Origin: a virus
Taxonomy: Duplodnaviria > Caudoviricetes
IMG/VR virus record: IMGVR_UViG_3300020264_000020
Location: 1-38,133 of that record
Length of the DNA: 38,133 nt
Reading direction: 5' to 3' (one strand)
A program made the position numbers and the translations under genes. The notes under the pieces are model-generated. The model searched no databases and was not told the origin of the DNA. It saw only the letters and a program-made list of their open reading frames with translations. Shown here in pieces: positions 8,823-17,312 of this stretch; within the stretch, counting starts at the first letter, position 1; every line of letters starts with the position of its first letter.

Positions 8823-9935
8823 ATGCCTGCCAAGTCTGACCTGACCACCGAGACCCTGGTCTCCTATCTCACCGATACCTACGGTGAGCAAGTCAAGACC
8901 GAGCAACTCCTTGCCGCTGCTGACCACTTCGGAGTATCGTATCCCACTATCACCAAGCGTCTTGACACCTTCAAGGCAGGTCGTGGCAAGTGGAATCTGA
9001 CTGTCGCTGAAATGCGTGAGCAACTTGAGCACACTCTTGAAGTTGACAGTGTTGACTGCACTACCCAACAGCATCGCGAGTCCTTGATCCCATCTAAAGA
9101 CAAAAACTTTGTCCCTTTTGGTAACTTCACTGACCTGAAGAAGGTTATCAACAGTGGTATCTACTATCCCATCTTCATCACTGGTCTCTCTGGTAACGGC
9201 AAGACCCTTGGTGTTGAGCAGGCATGTGCTCAGACTGGTCGCGAGTTGATTCGCGTCAACATTACTATCGAAACTGATGAAGACGATCTTATTGGCGGTT
9301 TCCGTCTGGTTGACGGTAATACTGTGTGGCACAATGGTCCTGTCATTGAAGCTCTTGAGCGAGGTGCTGTCCTCCTTCTGGATGAGATCGATCTGGCATC
9401 CAACAAAATCCTCTGTCTCCAGTCTATTCTTGAGGGTAAGGGTGTCTTCCTGAAGAAGATCGGTCGCTATGTCAAACCTGCTGATGGTTTCACTGTCATT
9501 GCTACTGCCAACACCAAGGGCAAGGGCAGCGAAGACGGTCGCTTCATCGGCACCAATGTGCTCAACGAAGCATTCCTTGAGCGTTTCCCGATCACCTTTG
9601 AGCAAGAGTATCCCACTCAGAAGATTGAGGCAAAGATGCTCAACAACTACTGCTCTGAGTTGGATTGCTGCGACGACAAGTTTATCTCTAACCTTGTCGC
9701 CTGGGCAGACATCATCCGCAAGACCTTTGCTGACGGTGGTGTTGACGAGGTGATCTCTACTCGCCGTCTGGTGCATGTCATCCGTGCTTACAGCATCTTC
9801 TCTGATCGCGTCAAGGCAATCAAGGTCTGCCTGAATCGTTTCGATGATGAGACCAAGCAATCTTTCTTGGAATTGTATGATAAGATTGATGCTGAGGTTG
9901 ACATTGACAACATTGACAGTATCCTCGCTTCCTGA
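8823..9935 (+). CDS. cobS: CobS-like MoxR-family AAA+ ATPase
   Basis: GLSGNGKT Walker A, LLLDEID Walker B, ATANTKG, NEAFLERF and ISTRRL; N-terminal HTH-like segment. Confidence 0.9.
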   Translation: MPAKSDLTTETLVSYLTDTYGEQVKTEQLLAAADHFGVSYPTITKRLDTFKAGRGKWNLTVAEMREQLEHTLEVDSVDCTTQQHRESLIPSKDKNFVPFGNFTDLKKVINSGIYYPIFITGLSGNGKTLGVEQACAQTGRELIRVNITIETDEDDLIGGFRLVDGNTVWHNGPVIEALERGAVLLLDEIDLASNKILCLQSILEGKGVFLKKIGRYVKPADGFTVIATANTKGKGSEDGRFIGTNVLNEAFLERFPITFEQEYPTQKIEAKMLNNYCSELDCCDDKFISNLVAWADIIRKTFADGGVDEVISTRRLVHVIRAYSIFSDRVKAIKVCLNRFDDETKQSFLELYDKIDAEVDIDNIDSILAS

Positions 9936-9941
9936 TATCCT
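9913..9941 (+). promoter_or_regulatory. sigma70-type promoter for the g45-g44 operon
   Basis: TTGACA (9913-9918), 17 nt, TATCCT (9936-9941), preceded by TG (extended -10). Confidence 0.7.
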
Positions 9942-9958
9942 TTATACATACTCTGTCC

Positions 9959-10246
9959 ATGGCTATGAAATACAGTGAAGACAAGATTCTTCAAGAGTTG
10001 CGTGACTACATCACTAGCACCTACTCTGCCCACTACTCCTCTGGAGAAGATGGGATCCAGACTCTCGATTTGATCGAAGCGTGTGGAGATGGAGAAGCAT
10101 TCTGTAGAGCAAACATCCTCAAGTATGCTTCTCGCTATGATAAGAAAGGCACCGCTAGACGTGACATCATGAAGGTGTTACACTATGCTGTGCTGTTGAT
10201 GCACTTCAACGACAAGACCGCCGTAACCGAAACTTACAACCAGTAA
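9959..10246 (+). CDS. DUF3310-like protein
   Basis: HY...IQTLDLIE...FCRANILKYASRYDKKG...DIMKVLHY pattern. Confidence 0.65.
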   Translation: MAMKYSEDKILQELRDYITSTYSAHYSSGEDGIQTLDLIEACGDGEAFCRANILKYASRYDKKGTARRDIMKVLHYAVLLMHFNDKTAVTETYNQ

Positions 10247-10248
10247 TT

Positions 10249-10965
10249 ATGACCGATCCCACAAAGACTCTTCAACTGAGCAAGCAGACCATTGATCATC
10301 TTCGCAACTTCAGCACGATCAATAAGTCTATCCTGATCGAGCCTGGTAAGTTTGTGCAAACCATGTCGGTCAACAAGAATATCATCGCTATGACTGATAT
10401 TCGTGAGTGGATTCCTGAGCAGATGGCAATCTATGATCTGCCTCTCTTCCTGGGTGCTCTGTCACTCTTCAAGTCTCCGACTCTCTTCTTCCCCGATGAC
10501 AAGAAAGTCATCATCTATGATGAAGAAACCAAAGGTAAGACCACTTACTACTACAGTGACCCTGATATCATCGTCACTCCCCCAGACTTCAACCCCGATC
10601 TTCCTGACAAAGAGATTCACTTTGATCTCCCTCAGCAAGACATCGAGCAACTGATGCAAGCATCTAAAGTCTACGGTGTTGAAGACCTCTGCGTCTATGG
10701 TTACGAAGGTGAATACAGTGTCTGTGTGAAGGACAAGAAGAATGAAACTTCTAACACCTTCTCTCTGCCTCTCCGCAAGGTCACCTTTGAAGATGCAGGT
10801 AAGATGACTCCCGAGCGACTCAACTTCTGCTATTGTTTCAAAGTTGAGAATCTCCGAATGGCAACTGGGTCCTACCATGTTTGCATCAGTCGGAAGAATA
10901 TCGCTAACTTCCAGTCTCTCTCCCACTCCGCCCTCAACTATTTCATCGCACTAGAGCCTAATTGA
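10249..10965 (+). CDS. g45: gp45 sliding clamp
   Basis: LSKQT...LRNFSTINKSI, IYDLPLFL, YYYSDP and FKVENL...YFIALEP motifs; directly before g44. Confidence 0.93.
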   Translation: MTDPTKTLQLSKQTIDHLRNFSTINKSILIEPGKFVQTMSVNKNIIAMTDIREWIPEQMAIYDLPLFLGALSLFKSPTLFFPDDKKVIIYDEETKGKTTYYYSDPDIIVTPPDFNPDLPDKEIHFDLPQQDIEQLMQASKVYGVEDLCVYGYEGEYSVCVKDKKNETSNTFSLPLRKVTFEDAGKMTPERLNFCYCFKVENLRMATGSYHVCISRKNIANFQSLSHSALNYFIALEPN

Positions 10966-10967
10966 TT

Positions 10968-11915
10968 ATGAGTGATAAACTGTTTCTCTGGGTTGAAAAG
11001 TATCGTCCTAAAACCATTGATGACTGCATTCTCCCTGAGAGCACTAAGAAGATCTTCCAGGGATTTCTGGAGCAATCTGAAATTCCAAATCTTCTTCTTG
11101 CGGGCTCGGCTGGTGTTGGCAAGACTACAATCGCGAAGGCGCTTTGCAACCAGTTGGGCACCGATTGTTTGGTTATTAACGGATCTGATGAAGGTCGATT
11201 TCTGGATACGGTCAGAAATCAAGCAAAGGTCTTCGCTTCGACGGTATCGCTTACGTCAGAAGCGAAGCACAAGGTGATCATCATTGATGAGGCAGACAAT
11301 ACCACGCCTGACGTGCAGTTGCTCCTCCGTGCTTGCATGGAAGAGTTTCAAAAGAATTGTCGCTTCATCTTCACTTGTAACTACAAGAATAAAATCATCA
11401 CTCCTCTGCACTCTCGGTGCTCTGTGGTTGAGTTTTCTGCCAAAGGCAAAGAGAAGCAGCAGATTGCTGCAGCATTCTTCGCTAGGGTCAATCAGATCCT
11501 GACTGAAGAAGGTGTTGACTTTGATAAGAAGGTGGTTGCTGAGGTTGTCCAGAAGCATTTCCCTGACTTCCGTCGCACTCTCAATGAGTTGCAGCGATAC
11601 GCCTCTACAGGTGCTATCGACACTGGTATTCTTGGATCTTCCAATGACATCCAGATCTCAAACCTCTGTGGTTACCTGAAGGATCGTGAGTTTACCAACA
11701 TGAAGAAGTGGGTGACTCAGAATATGGACAACGAGCCACAAGCGATCATGAGGAAAGTCTATGACAACCTCTACACCTATCTCAAACCTGCATCAATCCC
11801 TGAAGCAGTGCTTATCATCAGTGAATACCAGTATAAGTCTGGTTTCGTTGTCGATCAAGAGATTAACATGGTGGCATTCATGACTGAAATGATGATGCGT
11901 TGCGAATACAAATGA
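10968..11915 (+). CDS. g44: gp44 clamp-loader large subunit
   Basis: LWVEKYRP, GSAGVGKTT, IIIDEAD, SRC and FPDFRR RFC-type motifs. Confidence 0.96.
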   Translation: MSDKLFLWVEKYRPKTIDDCILPESTKKIFQGFLEQSEIPNLLLAGSAGVGKTTIAKALCNQLGTDCLVINGSDEGRFLDTVRNQAKVFASTVSLTSEAKHKVIIIDEADNTTPDVQLLLRACMEEFQKNCRFIFTCNYKNKIITPLHSRCSVVEFSAKGKEKQQIAAAFFARVNQILTEEGVDFDKKVVAEVVQKHFPDFRRTLNELQRYASTGAIDTGILGSSNDIQISNLCGYLKDREFTNMKKWVTQNMDNEPQAIMRKVYDNLYTYLKPASIPEAVLIISEYQYKSGFVVDQEINMVAFMTEMMMRCEYK

Positions 11916-12517
11916 AGACACACAACCTGTATCCTGTCCAAGTCTACGAGTTTGATTTCCCTGGTGATGTGCAGCATTACTGTGAGGTTATCGCAGCAGA
12001 TCCTACGTTGACTCAACGTCATGACTCTGGTGTATGCACTACTTACTTTGATGCACACAAGACTGGTGGTTATGCTGAGGTTGCACACTTTGTGCGTAGT
12101 TGCTTGGATAAGATTCAGGAAGCACACAACTTTTCTTGCTCTGGATTTGAAATCACATCGATGTGGGCAAACTATTTCCCAGATGGATGTGCCATGTCAC
12201 CACATAGACATGCTAACTCCTACTGGAGTGGCGTCCTATACCTCTCAGATGGTGCTCCTACGGTCTTCTTTGATCCTATTCAGCAAAGAGCAATGGGTCA
12301 GTTTGAATTGTTTAGACTCCCTAAGTTTGATGATGGTTTTGATCAGAATGCTCAACCAATCGAGACTATCTCTGCATCTGCAGGAAAGTTGATCATTTTC
12401 CCTTCATGGTTTGTCCATGAAACTGCCATCTCTCAGGGTGATAGATATAGTATCAGCTTTAATTCCCTTCCTCAGGGAGTTATCAATGGCGGTATCGCGA
12501 ATATCGATGTGAAATGA
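11912..12517 (+). CDS. 2OG-Fe(II) oxygenase, HxH type (array copy 1)
   Basis: WAN, PHRHANSYWSGVLY, GKLIIFPSWFVH and RYSISFN; ATGA-coupled to g44. Confidence 0.85.
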   Translation: MKTHNLYPVQVYEFDFPGDVQHYCEVIAADPTLTQRHDSGVCTTYFDAHKTGGYAEVAHFVRSCLDKIQEAHNFSCSGFEITSMWANYFPDGCAMSPHRHANSYWSGVLYLSDGAPTVFFDPIQQRAMGQFELFRLPKFDDGFDQNAQPIETISASAGKLIIFPSWFVHETAISQGDRYSISFNSLPQGVINGGIANIDVK

Positions 12518-13176
12518 GACAAGATTACGAGACAGAATTATTTTTCCCAGTAAAATGTCAAAGGTTTCAGGCACCTGAAGACCTGACTGCAGAGACGCTA
12601 GAGAAAGTAAAAGCGTTGCAGTTTAAGTCATACAATGACCCTGCTGGTGTGGGTACGACGGATGATATCCACACAGATCAGGAGTTTCAATCCATATTTG
12701 CATGGTTTCAGCAGTGTGTTGACACTCTCCATGTAGACTCTGGGTGGAATTGTGATCGTCTCGTAGTCAATAAGGGGTGGGCAAACAGGTCAGATGCTCA
12801 TACAGGACACCATCACGATGCTCATCGGCATCCTATGTCCTATGTTAGTGGCATCTTCTACCTTACAGAAGGTCCTCCCACAGTATTCCTCGATCCTCTA
12901 TTCCAACGTGAGTGGTCATCATTTTACTTAGATGGATTTCCTCTAGAAGAGTCGAGAAAGTTTTATCATGCTGGTCCTGGTGGACTGCTTATCTTCCCCA
13001 GTTGGTTAATTCATGCATCGGTGGAGAATGATAGTGAATTTGATAGATATACTATGGCATTCAACACCTTCCCTATGGGTGATGTTAACCAAGGTGGTTG
13101 GGGACAACCGATGGCGAAGGTCAAAGTTGATGGATGGAATGATATTGGACCTCTTAACTTGAATGATTACTCATGA
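12514..13176 (+). CDS. 2OG-Fe(II) oxygenase, HxH type (array copy 2)
   Basis: WAN, HRHPMSYVSGIFY, LLIFPSWLIH and RYTMAFN. Confidence 0.85.
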   Translation: MRQDYETELFFPVKCQRFQAPEDLTAETLEKVKALQFKSYNDPAGVGTTDDIHTDQEFQSIFAWFQQCVDTLHVDSGWNCDRLVVNKGWANRSDAHTGHHHDAHRHPMSYVSGIFYLTEGPPTVFLDPLFQREWSSFYLDGFPLEESRKFYHAGPGGLLIFPSWLIHASVENDSEFDRYTMAFNTFPMGDVNQGGWGQPMAKVKVDGWNDIGPLNLNDYS

Positions 13177-13799
13177 GATACGGAGAAGAGAAGTTGTTTC
13201 CTGTCAGGTGCTTCACGTTTGAGGCATCTGATATGCTTATTGCTGATACTCTAGCTAAGGTTAGGAAACTAGAGTTTTTTGCATTCAATGAGCCAGCAGG
13301 TGTTGGCACAACAAAAGATATACAACATAACCCAGACTTTCACAGACTGCATAAGTGGATGCAAGGGTGTGTTGATGATCTAAAAGAGAATGAGGGGTGG
13401 ATGTGTGACCGCCTGCTGATCAATAAGACCTGGGCTAATAGAGCAGATGCTCGCAGTGGTCACCATCATGACCCACATAGGCATCCTATGTCATATATCA
13501 GTGGTATTCTGTATCTAACTGATGGTCCTCCCACAACATTCTGCGATCCTTTACAGCAGCGTGATATGAATCAACTGCACTTGGATGGTGGAGCTGATGA
13601 AAGGTTAGTCCACTATCATGGTGGGTCTGGGGGTTTGATTTTATTCCCCAGTTGGTTGATACATTATTCAGAGCCCAACTTCACTGCCACTGATAGATAT
13701 ACTATATCGTTTAATACTTTCCCAGATGGCATCCTAGGTGTAAAAGATTGGGAAGATGATTGTAGAGGTGAGGTATCTTGTAGAGCATGGAACACATAA
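13173..13799 (+). CDS. 2OG-Fe(II) oxygenase, HxH type (array copy 3)
   Basis: WAN, HRHPMSYISGILY, LILFPSWLIH and RYTISFN; close paralog of copy 2. Confidence 0.85.
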   Translation: MRYGEEKLFPVRCFTFEASDMLIADTLAKVRKLEFFAFNEPAGVGTTKDIQHNPDFHRLHKWMQGCVDDLKENEGWMCDRLLINKTWANRADARSGHHHDPHRHPMSYISGILYLTDGPPTTFCDPLQQRDMNQLHLDGGADERLVHYHGGSGGLILFPSWLIHYSEPNFTATDRYTISFNTFPDGILGVKDWEDDCRGEVSCRAWNT

Positions 13800-14473
13800 A
13801 CATTACTGGTAATGAAGTGCAACTCTTTCCTGTGAGGTTGCGTGAGTATCGTCATCCTGACCCCGAAGAATTGCATTCAAAGTTGTTAGATGCATTCGTT
13901 GATTATCCATCGATGCAATCAAATTTTCCTGAGGGTGTGATCACATCACGTCCTGATCTTCATAACTTTCAGAATGAGCATGTGCAGAGACTGATTGCAT
14001 TCTTTGCTGATGCCCTCGCTGAGTATCGTAATCACTTCAAGTTGTATTGTGATAACCTAGACATCCCTATCTGCTGGTTTAATCACGCACCTGCTGGGAC
14101 TGGGTTTGGGCACCCTTTGCACAGGCACCCCATGTCCTATCTGAGTGCCGTCTATTACCTCACAGAAGGCGCTCCTACATACTTTGAAGATCCTTGCACC
14201 CCTAGGACATCCGATACACTAGATGTCTTTCAGCATGATCTCATGGATAAACCTGAGGGTATCAATGAGAGAGTAGATGCAGAGCCAGGTAAGTTGATTC
14301 TCTTCCCGTCTTGGTTGAAGCATTATTCTGGAAGGCAGTTGGAAAACTTTGATCGCTGGACGATCTCTTTCAATGCATTCCCTGTGGGTAGGATCAACGT
14401 GGGACCTTGGGATATTCCTCAACTCAATATCCGCTTGCTAAATCCCACTGACCCTGGTATGATACCCCAGTAG
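13787..14473 (+). CDS. 2OG-Fe(II) oxygenase, HxH type (array copy 4)
   Basis: WFN, HRHPMSYLSAVYY, GKLILFPSWLKH and RWTISFN. Confidence 0.85.
   Translation: MEHINITGNEVQLFPVRLREYRHPDPEELHSKLLDAFVDYPSMQSNFPEGVITSRPDLHNFQNEHVQRLIAFFADALAEYRNHFKLYCDNLDIPICWFNHAPAGTGFGHPLHRHPMSYLSAVYYLTEGAPTYFEDPCTPRTSDTLDVFQHDLMDKPEGINERVDAEPGKLILFPSWLKHYSGRQLENFDRWTISFNAFPVGRINVGPWDIPQLNIRLLNPTDPGMIPQ
14435..14463 (+). promoter_or_regulatory. sigma70-type promoter for dam-g62-regA, embedded in oxygenase copy 4
   Basis: TTGCTA (14435-14440), 17 nt, TATGAT (14458-14463), with extended TG. Confidence 0.65.
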
Positions 14474-14485
14474 AGATATTACATT

Positions 14486-15316
14486 ATGAAGTATTTGAAA
14501 ACTCCTCTACGGTATCCTGGTGGAAAGTCTCGTGTAGCACCTATGCTGATTGAGAAATTCCCCAGTGGTATCAAAGAATTCCGAGAGCCGTTTCTCGGTG
14601 GCGCGTCTGTAGCACTTCTGTTTTCTCAGAAGAATCCTGAAATCCCTGTGTGGGTGAATGATAAGTATGAGTATCTGTATAACTTCTGGGTCACCCTCCA
14701 AGAGGATGGTGACGCACTCTCTGATGTCCTTGTTGGGATCAAGGAAGACCACAGCACGGAAGAGAAGGCTAAGGAGTTATTCATCTCTGCTAAGGAAGAG
14801 ATATCCAAGGCAGATCCTTTTCGCAAAGCTGTCCTTTTTTGGATTCTTAATAAGTGTAGCTACTCTGGGTTGACTGAAAACTCTTCCTTCTCTGCCTCTG
14901 CTTCACGTCAAAACTTCACCACTCGTGGTGCTAAGCACTTGAAGAATATCTCAGAGATCATTCAGCACTGGGAGATTACAAACCTGGACTATACTGAGGT
15001 CCTGCAACCTGATGGTGATGGTGTCTTCTGCTTTCTTGATCCTCCATACAAGATTGGCAGTTATCTCTATGGCACCAACGCCGAGATGCACAAGACCTTT
15101 AATCATGAGGACTTCATCGCTGAATGTAAGAAGTCTCCTAACAAATGGATGGTGACTTACAACAATGACATTGACCTGAAAGAGGGTTACAAGGGTTATA
15201 ATCAAGAAGAGTTTCGTATCACCTATGGTATGAAGCACAGAGCAGATAACCGACACAAGTCTGAGTTGCTTGTCACTAATTTCACTGAGTCCACACCCCT
15301 GGAGGCACTATTTTGA
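14486..15316 (+). CDS. dam: DNA adenine methyltransferase (Dam/D12 class)
   Basis: LRYPGGKS, EPFLGGAS SAM-binding motif and catalytic FLDPPY. Confidence 0.92.
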   Translation: MKYLKTPLRYPGGKSRVAPMLIEKFPSGIKEFREPFLGGASVALLFSQKNPEIPVWVNDKYEYLYNFWVTLQEDGDALSDVLVGIKEDHSTEEKAKELFISAKEEISKADPFRKAVLFWILNKCSYSGLTENSSFSASASRQNFTTRGAKHLKNISEIIQHWEITNLDYTEVLQPDGDGVFCFLDPPYKIGSYLYGTNAEMHKTFNHEDFIAECKKSPNKWMVTYNNDIDLKEGYKGYNQEEFRITYGMKHRADNRHKSELLVTNFTESTPLEALF

Positions 15317-15708
15317 GTAAGGATTATGAGATTCCCCTCAAGGATTATCTCAACAGCATCAACCTGAAGCAGGGAGATCTGACTGAAGACGAGAGAGCGA
15401 TGAAGAAGTATCCTGCTTTCGTTATTAACAAGTGCCTAGCACAACATATCGACACTCTGATGTATGCTAACGCCATGAATGGTGCTCAGCATCTCGATAA
15501 TGATCTGCAATATTCATTTTACCTACATAGTGTTAGGAAATCCAAAAGATTTTCTCCTTGGGATAAGAAGTCGAAAGACAGTGACCTTGACCTAGTGAAA
15601 AAATACTATGGTTACAACACTGAAAATGCTCAACAAGCAATGCGAATCTTGACTAGGGAGCAACTTGAGGTTATTAAATCTAAATTGAATACTGGAGGAA
15701 AGAGATGA
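15313..15708 (+). CDS. g62: gp62 clamp-loader small subunit
   Basis: LKDYLNSIN, YPAFVINKCL, RKSKRFSPW and VKKYYGYN. TTG start overlaps the dam stop; lies just before regA. Confidence 0.9.
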   Translation: MSKDYEIPLKDYLNSINLKQGDLTEDERAMKKYPAFVINKCLAQHIDTLMYANAMNGAQHLDNDLQYSFYLHSVRKSKRFSPWDKKSKDSDLDLVKKYYGYNTENAQQAMRILTREQLEVIKSKLNTGGKR

Positions 15709-16127
15709 CTGAGGAGATCTCCTGGTCACAAGATATGATGCTTGAGGTTACGCTTAAAGAGCCTGATGACTTCCTAAAAGTGAGAGAAACCCTCACTCGC
15801 ATTGGTGTTGCATCCCGCAAGGAGCGTAAACTGTATCAGTCTTGTCATATCCTGCACAAGCGTGGTAAGTATTACATTGTGCATTTCAAAGAATTGTTTG
15901 CTCTGGATGGCAAACCTACTAACATCACCACAAATGATGTGCAGCGTCGTAACCGCATTGCTAAACTCCTGTCTGACTGGGGACTGGTAGAGATCACTCG
16001 TGCTGAGGAAGCAGAAGATCTTGCACCACTCAATCAGATCAAAGTGTTGTCATTCAAAGACAAAGGGGAGTGGACTCTAGAGTCTAAGTATAATATCGGC
16101 AAGAAGAAAACACCCGCTGAGGTATAA
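15705..16127 (+). CDS. regA: RegA translational repressor
   Basis: PDDFLKVRETLTRIGVASRKE...LYQSCHILHK.G.YYIVHFKELFALDG. Confidence 0.96.
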   Translation: MTEEISWSQDMMLEVTLKEPDDFLKVRETLTRIGVASRKERKLYQSCHILHKRGKYYIVHFKELFALDGKPTNITTNDVQRRNRIAKLLSDWGLVEITRAEEAEDLAPLNQIKVLSFKDKGEWTLESKYNIGKKKTPAEV

Positions 16128-16130
16128 ATA
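16123..16130 (+). promoter_or_regulatory. T4-type late promoter
   Basis: TATAAATA overlapping the regA stop, 21 nt before the next ATG. Confidence 0.85.
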
Positions 16131-16151
16131 GCTGAGCCTTGCTACTCTACA

Positions 16152-16448
16152 ATGTCGGAAGACAAACCCAAAGTTGTAGAGAAGGAAGACCATGATGAAG
16201 ATAAAAGTGAAGTCCTTGGTAATTTGGTGAAAGTTGTTGTCCTTATATGGTCTGCTTCTCTGCTCACATTCTCCTACGTTAGACTTCCTAACGGACAGAA
16301 AATCTTAGATTTCGATCCAACCTTCATTGCATCGGTCTTTTCTGGCTCGTTAGCTGCCTTCGGTTTGAGTCCCGCGAAAAATGGTAGTGCTCCAAAGAAA
16401 GCCCCGCCAATCGGAAGAAAGGAGGAGGAAAATGCAAAAGTTAATTAA
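16152..16448 (+). CDS. Small membrane protein (two predicted TM segments)
   Basis: Hydrophobic LVKVVVLIWSASLLTFSYV and FIASVFSGSLAAFGL, with charged termini. Confidence 0.75.
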   Translation: MSEDKPKVVEKEDHDEDKSEVLGNLVKVVVLIWSASLLTFSYVRLPNGQKILDFDPTFIASVFSGSLAAFGLSPAKNGSAPKKAPPIGRKEEENAKVN

Positions 16449-16665
16449 CGTTGTTGCTCTGCTCTCTGGTCTGACTTCTCTTAGTCTGATCGGGGGCAGT
16501 GCTTATGTTCTCATGAATCAAGAAGCATGGAGAGCACAAGCACAACTAGAGCTCAGGAATCTAGTTGTCCAAGGTATGCAAGACGCATTGCCTGGACTCC
16601 TGGACTCTGCTATGCCTGAGGTCGAAGTGCCTGAGGTAACTGGTCCTGCTCTACCTATGCCATGA
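16432..16665 (+). CDS. Small protein with N-terminal membrane anchor and Pro-rich tail
   Basis: MQKLINVVALLSGLTSLSLIGGSAYV, with a strong GGAGGAGG RBS before ATG 16432. Confidence 0.75.
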   Translation: MQKLINVVALLSGLTSLSLIGGSAYVLMNQEAWRAQAQLELRNLVVQGMQDALPGLLDSAMPEVEVPEVTGPALPMP

Positions 16666-17312
16666 AACTACCCTGGAAGTCCGATCCCGTTGTAACACCA
16701 CCTACCCCCGAGGAAAAACCCATGGAAGCACCTAAGAAGACACGATCTTATAAAGGAGTTGCCATCGCCTTGGGTGGTCTGTTTGCTGCATCGCACATCG
16801 GACTTCTGGGTTATGTGCTTAGACCTGAGACACCTGTCCAAGAGCCACCAACAATCAATATCCCTCGTGGTCCTTACTCTTCTTACAAGATCGAAGCAGG
16901 TAAGGATGGATATACAATCGAATATAGAGCAAACGATCCTAAAGTCTTGGAGTCTGAGTCGTCTCTCGACCTGGACAAGTATAAGAAAGGACTCTTTGGC
17001 GGAGGATCTGAGCAGCGAAGAGAATATCGTCGTAACCAATACACCATGGACGGTGTTAGAAACATGGGAGGTGCAATAGGTGAAGTGGGAAAGACAGGAG
17101 GTGTGAGCGCCGAGTGTATCGCGGCGGACGCTGGAGCACGGTCACAAGGTGCGATGGCGGGGACTAGCATTGCTGCTGGTGTCGCTGTCCCTGCTGTTGC
17201 TAGCATCCCTTACATCGGATGGTTGGCAGGTGGTTGGGCACTGCTGTTAGGTCAGAAGATTGGATCTGAAGCAGGGTCTATGGTAAATAGTGCTATTAGT
17301 GATGATTGCTGA
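16662..17312 (+). CDS. Membrane protein with C-terminal glycine-zipper-like hairpin
   Basis: N-terminal TM segment GVAIALGGLFAASHIGLLGYV. The C-terminal GAMAGTSIAAG...GWLAGGW...IGSEAG is flanked by two Cys. Confidence 0.75.
   Translation: MKLPWKSDPVVTPPTPEEKPMEAPKKTRSYKGVAIALGGLFAASHIGLLGYVLRPETPVQEPPTINIPRGPYSSYKIEAGKDGYTIEYRANDPKVLESESSLDLDKYKKGLFGGGSEQRREYRRNQYTMDGVRNMGGAIGEVGKTGGVSAECIAADAGARSQGAMAGTSIAAGVAVPAVASIPYIGWLAGGWALLLGQKIGSEAGSMVNSAISDDC

Noticed and set aside
8772-9860. 362-aa - strand ORF opposite cobS
   Set aside because: It is a shadow ORF in register with a strongly codon-biased gene that rarely uses TTA/CTA/TCA, and has no motifs, RBS or promoter.
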